A DNA stretch of 64,000 bases from Nitrospirota bacterium (GCA_963818475.1 CAWFSF010000006.1:1536001-1600000), one strand, 5' to 3'. Numbered from the stretch's first letter, positions 43,525 to 54,586 are shown. The notes: generated by a model from the sequence alone, not told the origin. A program made the numbers and translations.

Positions 43525-46500
43525 TCACCGCAGCTGCATGACTGAAAATGTCTGGCCGGAAATATTTATAGTGCCGACCCTGCGAACCGACGTCTGGTTC
43601 TGAGAGACTGCGTAAGTCAGGGTCCCATTGCCCGTGCCGCTTCCATTCGAAACCCTTATCCAGCTGTCGTCACTTGTGGCAGTCCAGCCGCATTGGCTGT
43701 CCACGTTCACGGTAACACTGCCTGTGCCTTCCGCTCCATTGAACAGGCTGCTCTTGGGGGATATGATAGGCGTGCAGGAACCGGAGACCCCTCTGGTAAA
43801 CGAAGCAAAGATCGTATGCCCGGCGTTTACGTTTGTGAACGTATAACCGGGCGCCGTTCCGACCGATACCCCGTCCACCAGCACATCTGAAATGTTATAA
43901 CCAGTATCAGGGGTGATTGTGAACGCCTGGGGTTCGCTGTAGATCACGGTGATGTCCCCGGCCGGAGTGATGCTTCCGTTAGGCCCTGCCGCAGCAACGA
44001 TGTATGGGTTAAATGTCGCACTAACCATGCAATCCGCTGTTACTGTTGCGGTCGTAAATATGCTTCCATCGAGCGTGCCCCCGCACCCGGTCACCGAGGC
44101 GATGTGATACCCTGTGTCCGGCGTAATCGTGAACAACATACTTTGTCCGTAATCTACCATCTGGGCCGTCGAGGGATTCATGTTCCCGTTGGCTCCAGGG
44201 GCAGGGATAACAGTGTAACGATTGATCTCAAACGAGGCGGTAACCGTGCAATCCGCCGTTATGGCTGCAGTCGTAAATGTGCTTCCGTCGAGCGTGCCCC
44301 CGCACCCGGTCACCGAGGCGATGTGATACCCAGTGTCCGGCGTAATCGTGAACAACGAACTTTGTCCGTGCTCTACCGTCTGAGCTGTCGAGGGATTCAT
44401 GTTCCCGTTGGCTCCAGGGGCAGGGATAACAGTGTAACGATTGATCTCAAACGAGGCGGTAACCGTGCAATCCGCCGTTATGGCTGCAGTCGTAAATGTG
44501 CTTCCGTCGAGCGTGCCCCCGCACCCGGTCACCGAGGCGATGTGATGTCCTATATCCGGCGTAATCGTGAACAACGCACTTTGTCCGTGATCTACCGTCT
44601 GGGCTGTCGAGGGATTCATGCTCCCGCTGGCTCCAGGGGCAGGGGTAACAGTGTAACGATTGATCTCAAACGAGGCGGTAACCGTGCAATCCGCCGTTAT
44701 GGCTGCAGTCGTAAATGTGCTTCCGTCGAGCGTGCCCCCGCACCCGGTCAGCGAGGCGATGTGATGCCCGGTGTCCGGCATAATTGTAAACGACGCACTT
44801 TGTCCGTAACCCACCGTCTGAGGACCTGCGGGACTGATAGCCCCATTTACCCCTGCCGAGGTGGTAATGGTGAGCGGCGGAGCGAGATTTATCGTTACGG
44901 ATAACGCATCCTCAGCTGTATTGCCGATGCTGTCGGCTGCCCTCACGGTAAAATTAAATGTACCGGCCGCAGCTGTTGTGCCCGATATGGCACCGTCTGA
45001 ACTAAACGACAGACCTGCAGGCAAGGCCCCTGATACCACTGACCAGGCGTACGGGCTCACACCGTCTGTGACAGTCAGGGTTTGACTGTAGGATACGCCT
45101 TGCATGCCGGAAGTCAGGGACGATGTGGTAATAGTGAGTGGTTGATAAATCATTATACTAAGGCTGGCCGTTGTGGAAGCCGACACCGCATCCGTCACCT
45201 GTATGGTAAAACTGAAAGTTCCTGCTGTCGTTGCTGTGCCGGAAATTATTCCTGTCAAGCTGTCGAGTGTCAATCCTGACGGCAGGCTTCCGGCGATAAT
45301 CGACCATGCATAAGGTGATGTGCCACCTACGGCAGTCAACGTCGTGGTGAATGGCATGTTCGTTTGGCCGAATCTCGACAGCTGGGGTGAAATAACATGA
45401 AATGATGTATCCCTGAATTTTTTCGTAAAACCGCCATTGGGAAATTGAGCTCCTTGTCCTGTTACATAGACATTGCCGATCAGGTCCACTGCGATGCTCC
45501 ACGGCCATTCACCGATTATATGGTCAGATTGTTTAGTCCACAATTCATTACCGAAAGAATCATATTTTCTGATCAGTGAGTATGGCCCAGTGAGCCGCGT
45601 ATAGCCCAAGACATAAGCATTTCCCATGTTATCCGTGGTAACGCTCATTGCCTCGCTGTACCAGCCTTTCGGGGCAGGAGTCGCCCACCATCTGAGGTTT
45701 CCGCTGGAATCATAGGACATGATGGCCCACATATAACCGGATAAGAAACGTCCTGCTATAAAGCTGTTGCCGGCAAAATCCACAGCGATATCCCAGCCGG
45801 ATTCTTCGCACCAGTTGGGGTCGCAGGGCGCATAACTTAAATAATATGACCTTTCCCACAGGAGAACACCTGTTGCACTGAGTTTGACCGTCAGCATGTC
45901 ATAACCCGTTGTTGAACCCATGCGGTGACCGCTACCTGTTAGATATGCATTGCCGAGAGCATCAACAGCAATGGAATGTGCACTCCCGCCGCCGCTATCG
46001 TAAAAGTTTTTCCATATCTTATTGCCTGAAGCATCATACTTGATCGTGACATAACCTATCTTAGTTCCTGTATCATCCTTTCCCCCATCGCACACATAAA
46101 CATTACCCGCACTGTCGGTTGCAACGCCTGAACGGCCTGAGTAAGCCTTATGAAGGTACTCGGACTTCGTCCATTGCACCGTACCTGAAGCATCATATTT
46201 AACGAGCACCAAATCAACATCCCAAAATGTTCCACTGTCTCCGACAACATAGATATTGCCCGTGTTGTCAATGGCGATGCTGTTCGCATGGTCGTAGCCT
46301 GTATTTCGATGAGTTCTTCTCCAAATCTCGTTACCTGCGCTGTCATATTTAACAATTAAAAAATCAGTTCCGCCTAACTCATTATAAATTGATCCCACAG
46401 TATAATAATTGCCGTCTGGATCGAATGCAGATCCGGTGTTCCTCCAGTTGCCGGGGAAATGTGCCCACTCTTCAACAATAAAATGATCGTCAACTGGCAG

Positions 46501-46821
46501 CATGAGGTTTTTCGATGCCACTGTGTTTTCCGCATCAGCGGCCTGCACCGTGAAACTGAATGCACCTGTTGAAGACGGCCTCCCGGAAATTAATCCCGTT
46601 GCGCCGTCTAATTGGAGCCCCGGCGGCAGTGTTCCTAGTGTGACTGTCCATGCATATGGAGGCAGTCCACCAGTGATATCAACCGATTGGCGATAATCGC
46701 TACCCACCGAACCTTGCAATAAATAATCAGTTATTATTGCAGGAACAGCTTGTGCATATCCGGAAAATAAAACGACATAAAAAACCGCAAAAGCGAAAAC
46801 CTTGAAGATCTCTTTTTTCAT
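43525..46821 (-). CDS. Secreted surface protein: Ig (He_PIG) + SBBP beta-propeller + 2 Ig + InlB-B-like repeats + BACON
   Basis: Signal peptide; GGLPPYAW..GTLPPGL; repeated IAVD..GNVYVTG/KYDASG..W; 73-aa repeats; WTATSDDSWI...RVGTINISGQTFSVMQ. Confidence 0.88.
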   Translation of the reverse strand: MKKEIFKVFAFAVFYVVLFSGYAQAVPAIITDYLLQGSVGSDYRQSVDITGGLPPYAWTVTLGTLPPGLQLDGATGLISGRPSSTGAFSFTVQAADAENTVASKNLMLPVDDHFIVEEWAHFPGNWRNTGSAFDPDGNYYTVGSIYNELGGTDFLIVKYDSAGNEIWRRTHRNTGYDHANSIAIDNTGNIYVVGDSGTFWDVDLVLVKYDASGTVQWTKSEYLHKAYSGRSGVATDSAGNVYVCDGGKDDTGTKIGYVTIKYDASGNKIWKNFYDSGGGSAHSIAVDALGNAYLTGSGHRMGSTTGYDMLTVKLSATGVLLWERSYYLSYAPCDPNWCEESGWDIAVDFAGNSFIAGRFLSGYMWAIMSYDSSGNLRWWATPAPKGWYSEAMSVTTDNMGNAYVLGYTRLTGPYSLIRKYDSFGNELWTKQSDHIIGEWPWSIAVDLIGNVYVTGQGAQFPNGGFTKKFRDTSFHVISPQLSRFGQTNMPFTTTLTAVGGTSPYAWSIIAGSLPSGLTLDSLTGIISGTATTAGTFSFTIQVTDAVSASTTASLSIMIYQPLTITTSSLTSGMQGVSYSQTLTVTDGVSPYAWSVVSGALPAGLSFSSDGAISGTTAAAGTFNFTVRAADSIGNTAEDALSVTINLAPPLTITTSAGVNGAISPAGPQTVGYGQSASFTIMPDTGHHIASLTGCGGTLDGSTFTTAAITADCTVTASFEINRYTVTPAPGASGSMNPSTAQTVDHGQSALFTITPDIGHHIASVTGCGGTLDGSTFTTAAITADCTVTASFEINRYTVIPAPGANGNMNPSTAQTVEHGQSSLFTITPDTGYHIASVTGCGGTLDGSTFTTAAITADCTVTASFEINRYTVIPAPGANGNMNPSTAQMVDYGQSMLFTITPDTGYHIASVTGCGGTLDGSIFTTATVTADCMVSATFNPYIVAAAGPNGSITPAGDITVIYSEPQAFTITPDTGYNISDVLVDGVSVGTAPGYTFTNVNAGHTIFASFTRGVSGSCTPIISPKSSLFNGAEGTGSVTVNVDSQCGWTATSDDSWIRVSNGSGTGNGTLTYAVSQNQTSVRRVGTINISGQTFSVMQLR
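44005..44875 (-). repeat. Four tandem 219-bp (73-aa) coding repeats
   Basis: cagtgtaacgattgatc recurs at 44211, 44430 and 44649 (period 219). Confidence 0.9.
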
Positions 46822-47195
46822 TCCCTCACCTCCGTTGTTTTTTCAGGATGCCATTTCTGAATTTACGCGATTAGCAAGATCTGCATCTTCGACGTGAGGA
46901 TAGCCTGAGAAAAACGGACGATACCCTCGACACTATCCTTTTTTCAGCCTGAGATGTTTGGACATTGATTGAGTGAACTTCCTTGATGACTTTTGAACCG
47001 ATAAAGCACTCACTAGCCCAAGCGTTCTTTGAAGGGTCTTTCAGTTATTTCGTGGAGCATTTGATTTCGTGCGTATAGAATTAAACTGCGTTTTGGACGG
47101 CATGGTAAGGCGGATATGCAGGAATTCTGAAATACGAAGCTGCAGCTTTGATCCCGGATGGTCAAATGGACTGATGCATTTTTCTTATAATGCGC

Positions 47196-47224
47196 ATACT
47201 AATATAGCTGTGTCATTCTGTCAA
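47196..47224 (-). promoter_or_regulatory. Putative sigma70 promoter (duplicated, copy B)
   Basis: TTGACA-17-TAGTAT. Confidence 0.6.
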
Positions 47225-47375
47225 GAACAATGGTCCATTGTTTCGGGGTAATTTAAGGGGATGTGTCAAATCTGCAACAGAGGGATTCTTGTGCGAGAGA
47301 GCTACTTTGCGCAACAAACTGCACACCCCTTCTAATAGGGCTAAGGTAGGCCTATGATCCGGTTGTAACGAATCA

Positions 47376-48764
47376 TCACCCATTCCCCTTCTTCTTCAGA
47401 ATCTCCCTCGCAGCCACCACGCCGGAGATCGATGCCTGAATCAGGCCGCGGGTCACTCCGGCGCCGTCGCCGACAGCGAAGAGGTTCTTCACTTCTGTTT
47501 CGAGCCCGGAGGTGAGCTTCAGCTTCATGGAATAGAATTTCACCTCCACGCCGTAAAGCAGCGTATCTCCCGAATTAACACCCGGCGCCACATTGTCAAG
47601 GGCTTCGAGCATTTCCATGATATTGTGAAGATGGCGGTAGGGAAGGACAAAGCTCAGATCACCGGGCGTTGAATCCTCGAGCGTCGGCCGCACTGAGCCC
47701 TCGGCGATCCGCTCGGGCGTCGACCGCCGGCCCATCTTGAGATCGCCGAGCCGCTGGACGATCACTCCGCTGCCCAGGAGGTTCGCCAGGCCGGCTATGT
47801 ACTTGCCGTACGCGATCGGTTCGTCAAAGGGGCTCGTGAACTCCGTGCTCACCAGGAGGGCGAAGTTCGTGTTCGCTGTTTTCCGGTTCCGGTAGCTGTG
47901 ACCGTTCGCGCTGTACACGCCTTCGCTGTACTCTTTCACCACCTCGCCATAGGGATTCATGCAAAAGGTCCGGACGCGGTCGCGGAAGCGTTTCGTGCGA
48001 TAGAGAAATTTTCCTTCATAGGCGACATCGGTTATGTCCTTCATGATGCTTGCCGGCAGCTCGACCCGCACGCCGATGTCCACGGGGTTCTTCCGGATCG
48101 ACAATCCCAGCCGCTTCGCCTCTGCTGAAAGCCAGGTCGAACCTTCTCTTCCCGCTGCAACGATGACCTGCCTTGCATCGTAACGGTCCCCGTCCCGGGT
48201 CAGGACCCCGGTTGCCTCGCCTTGCTCTGTTGTGATCTGCTGTACTGCTGTATCAAAGAGAACATCCACCTTCCCGTCCAGATACCCCCGTATGTTCTGC
48301 AGAACCACCTTGCAGAGGTCGGTGCCGATATGCCGGATGCGCGCGGGGATCAATTCGAGGCCATAACCTGCTGCTTTTTTCTTGAGCCTGCCAAGGGCCT
48401 CGTCATCCTGCCCGTGTATCGCCCCGCCGGCCCCGAAGGATTGGTACGTAGCGTCCACCTGATCGATAAAAGCCGACAGGTCGCCTGGCAAGATATACTC
48501 CTTGAGCCATCCGCCGAACTCAGGAGTGAGCGTGAGCTTTCCATCGCTGTAGGCCCCTGCCCCTCCCCAGCCGCAGAGGATGCCGCAGAGGCTGCACTGC
48601 ACGCAGGGCACGGACGACTCCAGCATGGGACAGGCGCGGGCAGTGATATCGCTGCCCTTTTCGATCATGAGGATTTTAAGATTGGATTTTTTGGACAGCT
48701 CGAGCGCGGCAAAGATGCCTGCCGGTCCGGTGCCGATGATGATAACGTCGTAAGAGGAAGTCAT
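47376..48764 (-). CDS. NAD(P)/FAD-dependent oxidoreductase (COG2509-like)
   Basis: DVIIIGTGPAG, C..C..C, GWGGAGAYSDGKL, RTFCMNP, GDGAGVTRGL. Confidence 0.88.
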   Translation of the reverse strand: MTSSYDVIIIGTGPAGIFAALELSKKSNLKILMIEKGSDITARACPMLESSVPCVQCSLCGILCGWGGAGAYSDGKLTLTPEFGGWLKEYILPGDLSAFIDQVDATYQSFGAGGAIHGQDDEALGRLKKKAAGYGLELIPARIRHIGTDLCKVVLQNIRGYLDGKVDVLFDTAVQQITTEQGEATGVLTRDGDRYDARQVIVAAGREGSTWLSAEAKRLGLSIRKNPVDIGVRVELPASIMKDITDVAYEGKFLYRTKRFRDRVRTFCMNPYGEVVKEYSEGVYSANGHSYRNRKTANTNFALLVSTEFTSPFDEPIAYGKYIAGLANLLGSGVIVQRLGDLKMGRRSTPERIAEGSVRPTLEDSTPGDLSFVLPYRHLHNIMEMLEALDNVAPGVNSGDTLLYGVEVKFYSMKLKLTSGLETEVKNLFAVGDGAGVTRGLIQASISGVVAAREILKKKGNG

Positions 48765-48829
48765 GTGATCACTCCCTACAGGGAGAATGAGTCACGATAA
48801 ATAGTAATAAAACCCTCATGATTCTATTT

Positions 48830-48909
48830 TACCACGGAGACACGGAGGCACAGAGAAAACATTAACGTTTTGAAATAGCTCTTCTCCGTGACTCCGTGTC
48901 TCCGTGGTA
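48830..48909. repeat. Intergenic inverted-repeat element with periodic stem
   Basis: taccacggagacacggaggcacagaga ... tctccgtgactccgtgtctccgtggta. Confidence 0.8.
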
Positions 48910-48940
48910 GATGTCAACCGGCTCCTTACTCTGTGGTTTC

Positions 48941-50369
48941 TTATTTCTTCGGTTCGAAATCGTTCTTGATTTTAAGGAAGGTGCGGCAGGTTCGTGAACA
49001 ATCGCCGCGCGCTGTCGGGCGACTTGAACATGAGCGGCACGATCTTGCGGGTCCAGTTTCTGCCGGTGTAGAATTGTTTGATGAACTGTTTGTACAGGTC
49101 GTCAAGCCGTTCTTTTGATCCGATCCCCTTCGGCACGAACACGAAGTTCAGGCAGTTCATGAGCTCCCATTTTTCGTCAAAGGTCCCCTCTTCAAGGATA
49201 TTCTGGTAGATGGGCGAACCCGGGAACGGCGTGAACTTGGTCATGTTCATATCGTCCAGTCCGAGGCCGTTAATAAAGTCCGTCGTCATCCTGACGGTCT
49301 CCTCGGTCTCGCCCGGGAGCCCCATCATGAACAGTCCCTTGGCCCTGATGCCAGCCTTCTGGATGCGGGCCACTGTGGTCTTCATCTCATTGAAATCAAC
49401 CTTGGTCTTGTGGCGCGCCAGTATCTCGGGGGCGCCTGACTCGATGCCGAGGCTCACCATCCAGCAGCCTGACGCCTTGAGCATTTTGAGCAGCGCATCA
49501 TCGATATGGCCCACGCGGACGGCGCAGTTATAGGTCATGCCCAGCGGTTTCTGGAGCAGGAGGTTGCAGAATTTCTCGATCCGCTCGCGGTTGAAGGTGA
49601 ACAGGTCGTCGTAAAAGAACACGTGTCTGATGTTGAAGTTCTTTTTCAGGAATGCCATGTGCTCGTACAGATATTCCGGAGAATTGAACCGGAAGCTCCT
49701 GCGGTATACCGACCGGTCGCAGTAGGAGCATTGATAGGGACAGCCGCGGCTCGAGATGATCGTTGCGGTCGGCGCCTTGGGATAATTGAACAACGCCGCT
49801 TCGAAGCGCTTGGGGAATCCATCGAGTTTGTGATATGCGGGGAATGGAAGGCTGTCGAGCTCAACAAGATCGGTCCTGAGCCCATTGTCCTTTATCAAAG
49901 CGCCGTCGCGATACACCAGTCCCTGGATCGTTCCCGGTTCCGCGCCAGCGGCCAGTTCCGCCATGGCCTTCTCGCCTTCGCCGGTCACGAGATAATCAAT
50001 GGCCGGGTACTGTTCGAGGATCTTGCCTCGCAATGCGGACACATGCACCCCGCCGACGATGGTCGTGATATGCGGCGTTGCCTGCTTGATCGCTTCAGCC
50101 TGGCGATAGGCATTCAAAAAGCTCGAGGTGACCGCGGTGAATCCCACCATATCAGGCTTGAACTCGGCAACGCGCGACATGACGTCCGCAGTGCCGACGA
50201 GCGTGACCGGTCCGCGGCAGTCGTGGATCGCGGTCTCGACGCACTGCTGCTCCAGATAGGCGGCTATGGACAGAATGCCCATGGGCGCCATCCGGATGGC
50301 GGTTTCGGTCTTGTCTTCCCTGCCTTCGACCCAGTTCGAGCCGAAGGGATTGATCAAAAGTATTTTCAT
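48941..50369 (-). CDS. B12-binding radical SAM protein (frameshift near the 3' end)
   Basis: PMGILSIAAYL, GGVH, GEGE, SRGCPYQCSYC, YDDLF, GIESG. Confidence 0.88.
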
Positions 50370-51793
50370 CGTTTTAATTTTCCGCTTGCGGTCCTGGGCA
50401 ACTGGTCTACGAACTCAAAATCCTTCGGCACCTTGTACCGCGCCAGATGCTGGTAACAGTACCGCCGAAGGTCATTGGCATCAGGAACCCCCAGGTCTTC
50501 CTGCGCCACGATCTTTGCAATGGGCAGCTGTCCGTAATGAGGGTGTGCAACGCCATACACTAAAGATTCCTTCACCAGCGGATGCTGGTTCAGGACCGAT
50601 TCAACTTCGAGGGCGAAAACCTTCATGCCCACAAAATTGATCACGTCCTTGTCCCTGCCGACGATGAAGAGAAATCCGTCTGCATCGATCTTGCCGAGGT
50701 CGCCGGTCTTGAACCAGCCGTCGCTCAGAATGTCATCCCTGCCCTGCCAGGGCGAGTAGTATGCATCGAGCATGCCTTTCCCCCTGATCCGGATCTCGCC
50801 GACCCCCTCAGCATCCTTCTTGTCCAGGGCGATCTCGAAATCGGGCAGCGGCTTGCCGACGGACCCGCGTTTTTCCGCTGTTCCGGAAAGGCGGATAAAG
50901 GGCAGGCCGACCTCAATGATCCCGTAGGCTTCGGTCAGTTCAAAACCGAACTTTGCGGAGAAAGACGCTGCCACCTCTTCCGGCAGTTTCATGGCTGTCG
51001 AGACCGCAAGGCGGATATGTTTCAGCACATCGCTCGGCAGCGAATCGGTCCGGGCCAGAAGGCTGTAAAAGAACGGCGACGCATAGATGAGCGTCCCCTG
51101 ATGGGCCTGCACGCCTTCGATCAGCGAGCTGGGATAACGGTGGCCGCACAGCACGATGGTGGCGCCGCGCCGCAGGAACAGCAGGATCGTGACCACAAAA
51201 TGAAAGCTCATGGACAGCACCCAGAGCACCGTGTCCTGTGACGTGATCTGCAGGCCCTTGTCGGCAGCATCGGTCCGTTCGATGATCGCTTCGTGGGAAA
51301 GCACCACGCCTTTGCTCGTGCCCGTGGTCCCCGATGTAAACCGGATGAACGCGGGATTGATGCGGAAATATTCCGACTTTGGCCGCTCCCGCACTGCCCG
51401 TTTCGCGAAGAGAAATTGTTTCTTGAAGAGGCCGGTGGACTGCAGCAGCTCACCATAGCCGCCCTTCCGCAGCTCCGGTTCAGCCACCAGAAAATCGACA
51501 TCGATCCCGTCAATGACCGTCTCGACCTCTTCCGGAGTCTGCTCTGTCGAGACCGGCACGATAACGGCTGACAGGGACAGGATGGCCAGGCTCACGATAA
51601 TATAATCGATGCTGTCGTCGCACAGCAGGCCGACGCGGTGCAGCCTGCCCACGCCTTTTTTGTGCAGTTCCTCGGCGACCAGGCCCGCCGATTCCAGCAG
51701 CCGGCCGTAGGTGATCCGGTCGTCCGCCTCGATGACGGCGATCTTGCCCGAGAACGCCTGGGTCTCCTGCTTTATGATATCAAAGATATTCAT
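50366..51793 (-). CDS. AMP-binding acyl-CoA/ACP ligase
   Basis: FTSGTTGTSKG, EAYGIIE, WFKTGDLG, GRDKD, PRTASGKLKR. Confidence 0.9.
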   Translation of the reverse strand: MNIFDIIKQETQAFSGKIAVIEADDRITYGRLLESAGLVAEELHKKGVGRLHRVGLLCDDSIDYIIVSLAILSLSAVIVPVSTEQTPEEVETVIDGIDVDFLVAEPELRKGGYGELLQSTGLFKKQFLFAKRAVRERPKSEYFRINPAFIRFTSGTTGTSKGVVLSHEAIIERTDAADKGLQITSQDTVLWVLSMSFHFVVTILLFLRRGATIVLCGHRYPSSLIEGVQAHQGTLIYASPFFYSLLARTDSLPSDVLKHIRLAVSTAMKLPEEVAASFSAKFGFELTEAYGIIEVGLPFIRLSGTAEKRGSVGKPLPDFEIALDKKDAEGVGEIRIRGKGMLDAYYSPWQGRDDILSDGWFKTGDLGKIDADGFLFIVGRDKDVINFVGMKVFALEVESVLNQHPLVKESLVYGVAHPHYGQLPIAKIVAQEDLGVPDANDLRRYCYQHLARYKVPKDFEFVDQLPRTASGKLKR

Positions 51794-53227
51794 CCTTTTT
51801 TCGGCAGATAGTCCTTATAGATATTTCGCATCGAGAAGATGTAGCGTGTGGCAAGGAAAATGATCTTCATCAATTCCCTGAACGGCACCTTTACCCGGTG
51901 CACCCGCAGCGGATTTGCCTGCAAGGCCACCCGGGACAGCTTCGCAAAATGAGCGTAAAAAAGCTTCATCGGAAGCTTGGTCGGCAGGATCGTGTGCATG
52001 CAGTCGTAGTACAGGTAGGGATCGACGATGAAGTCGTCCTTGTGCTGTTTCCAGAGATCGGTGCCCGGCGACGGTGAGAAGACCGTAAAGGTCACCTCGG
52101 CGGGGCAGACAAGCATGATCTCTTTTTCAAGGTCCTTGAAATCCTGGACCGAGAAGTCGGGGTCCACCATGAAGCTCGCATGCAGCGTGATCCCGATCTC
52201 CTTCAGCAGCTCCACGGCCTTGCGGTTCGTGTCAACGTTCGTGCGCTTTTTGTATTTGTCGAGCCGCGAGCCGACCATGGCCTCCAGGCCCACATAGACC
52301 ACGCCGAGGCCCACCTGCTTCCAGAGCCTGAACAGTTCGGGATATTTCACGATCGTGTCAGCCCGTGCCCAGCTGATATACTTCTTCTTGATGCCCCGTT
52401 CGAGCAGCAGGTTCGCGATCTTGGTCAAGCGGTCCTTGTTCAGGAAGGTCTCATCGTCCACAAAGTAGATGTGGTCCTCGGGGACCCTGGCGATCTCGTC
52501 GACCACATCCTCGGGTTGGCGCTGGAGATACTTGCCGCGCATCAGGTAATGCACCACGCAGAAGGAGCACGAGTAGGCGCAGCCGGTGGACGTGCGCATG
52601 CTTGCCATGCGCGGGAACATCGTATCGAGCTTCTTTTCCGTGGTTGAGGTCCAGACGCAGAAATAACGCGACCGGTCAACGAGCTCGCGGCGCGCCCGCG
52701 GGATCTGTTCAACGGGCGGGAACTCCGGCGGCGGGCCTGCCGCCTTCTCGGCAAAATCAGCTGCCCTGGGCGAGAGCACGGCATCGCCGAAGGCCAGCGG
52801 CTCGTTGTTCTTGTAGCGCCTGATGATCTCGCCGAACACGGTGCCGCCCTCGCCGCGCACGATGATGTCGAGACTGTCGCAATTCACCGCATAATCCGCC
52901 GGAATGATCGTGGCGTGCGTGCCGCCGACAATGGTCACGATCTTCGGATCGTGCTTCTTGACGAGGCCCGGCCAGGCTCTTGACCAGGGCGGACTGGCTG
53001 CTGTAGCCGGTGAAGCCCACGATCTGCGGGGCAAAGGTCCGCACCTTTTCCTGGAAGCCCAGGACCGCGTCCTGCTCAAAGCTCAGGTCCTGGATCACGA
53101 CTTCGTCCTCGGCAGGAACGCCGGCAGCGACCATTTCAAGCTCCAGCGGTTCGAGATGCAGGAACCCCTCCTGCAGGCGTTTTGCCACGAGCAGCTGCGG
53201 ATTCGGTTTTACGAGTAATATACGCAC
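51790..53227 (-). CDS. B12-binding radical SAM protein (frameshift near 52970)
   Basis: VRILLVKP..EPLELE, GGTHA, GEG, STGCAYSCSFC, FVDDE. Confidence 0.85.
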
Positions 53228-53250
53228 GGAGACCCCCTTTAAGTTCAAGC

Positions 53251-53375
53251 ATCAAATTACAAGCACCAAATTACAAATACTATTCAATAATTAAAAATCA
53301 AGTCCCAAATGGTTTGAATATTGGAATTTTGGATTTGAATATTATTTGGAATTTGTCATTTGGGATTTAGTATTT
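53251..53375. repeat. AT-rich palindromic element
   Basis: caaattacaagcaccaaattacaaat ... ttggaattttggatttg...atttggaatttgtcatttgggattt, inside a GC-rich operon. Confidence 0.6.
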
Positions 53376-53377
53376 TA

Positions 53378-54586
53378 TTAATAGTCCTTTATCTTCTCCG
53401 GATACTTCCCGTTCCTGACCCAATAGGCAGCAGCCTTGCCCGCCTGTTCACCCAGCGTCATGCACGTGCCCATGACGCGCGTGGAACCGAGCGCCTCGTG
53501 CGTCACCGATATGCACCTGCCGGCAGTAAGCAGATTCGTGATCCCGTCGACCATAAGACACCGGAACGGGATCTCGTAATAGTCCCCGCGCGGAACGTAT
53601 TTATAGATCGTGCCTTTTTCGCGGTCCCACAGTTCGATGGGCCAGGCGTTCTTTACCACGCCGTCCGGGAACTTCCTGGCGGCGAGCACATCCTCTTTCG
53701 TCAGGGTATAGGCCCCTTTGATCCGCCTGCCTTCGCGCTCCAGCACCTTGAGCGACGTTCCGGCGACATAGGCATCCTGAAAAGCAGGCAGCACTGATGC
53801 GAGGTATCTGACCACGCCGTCCGCGTCTGTGCGTGCTTTTTCCACTGACACCGTTCCGTCACTGCTGGAGACGCTCATCTTGCAATATCCCTCATCAGGA
53901 GCGTCGCCGGCGCTGAAGGTGGTGAAGCGGGTCACCGGCGAAAACGTCCCGGCTTTCACTGCCTGCGCAAGATAATAGGGAACTTTGAGGCACAGGCTGT
54001 CATTCACGTCCTTGAGCCCTTTGACATGGACCACGAAGCCTGCCAGTTGCCGTTCATCATCGGGCGTAAGTTCAAAGGGAGCGCCCGCCAGAGCTGCCAC
54101 GGAACCGCTGCCTGAACAGTCAATGACCATGTTCGGCGCTATTTCCTGTTTGCCGCGCAAACCATCTATGGTGACCGACCTGACCTCGCCCTCCTTCGTG
54201 GCGACCGCGATTGCTGAGTGACCCCGCAGCGTTGCGATAGCGCTCTCGCCGTAGCAGAGCGCGGTAAGAACGGACTGCAGATCCTCGTACTGATAGGGCA
54301 GCACGTATACCTGGCCGATCTTTTTGAGCTCCTTCTTCGGCGACGCGTCGCGCAGAAGAGCGGTGATCTCACGCGCCAGGCCCGGGTTCAGGGTTTCCGC
54401 GGGGGCCGCCTCAGCGTTCAGGTAGAGACCGCAGATATGCTGGAACCGTCCGGCAAAACCGGTCCCCCCGAGATAGCGCTCTTTTTCGACGAGTATGGTC
54501 CGCGCACCGCCCCGTGCCGCAGCAACAGCTGCCGCAGCGCCGGCAACGCCGGCGCCGACCACCAGCACATCGCAGGAAGTGCTCAT
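53378..54586 (-). CDS. FAD-dependent oxidoreductase (FAD_oxidored family)
   Basis: DVLVVGAGVAG, IDCSG, REGRRI, YEIPFRCL, AGRCIS, RVMGTC. Confidence 0.85.
   Translation of the reverse strand: MSTSCDVLVVGAGVAGAAAAVAAARGGARTILVEKERYLGGTGFAGRFQHICGLYLNAEAAPAETLNPGLAREITALLRDASPKKELKKIGQVYVLPYQYEDLQSVLTALCYGESAIATLRGHSAIAVATKEGEVRSVTIDGLRGKQEIAPNMVIDCSGSGSVAALAGAPFELTPDDERQLAGFVVHVKGLKDVNDSLCLKVPYYLAQAVKAGTFSPVTRFTTFSAGDAPDEGYCKMSVSSSDGTVSVEKARTDADGVVRYLASVLPAFQDAYVAGTSLKVLEREGRRIKGAYTLTKEDVLAARKFPDGVVKNAWPIELWDREKGTIYKYVPRGDYYEIPFRCLMVDGITNLLTAGRCISVTHEALGSTRVMGTCMTLGEQAGKAAAYWVRNGKYPEKIKDY

Noticed and set aside
44005-44875. CRISPR array
   Set aside because: The repeats are 219-bp in-frame coding units without unique spacers, and there are no cas genes.
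46830-47190. Second riboswitch in the long leader of the SBBP gene
   Set aside because: No GEMM, TPP or cobalamin motif was recognised; an Rfam scan would be needed.
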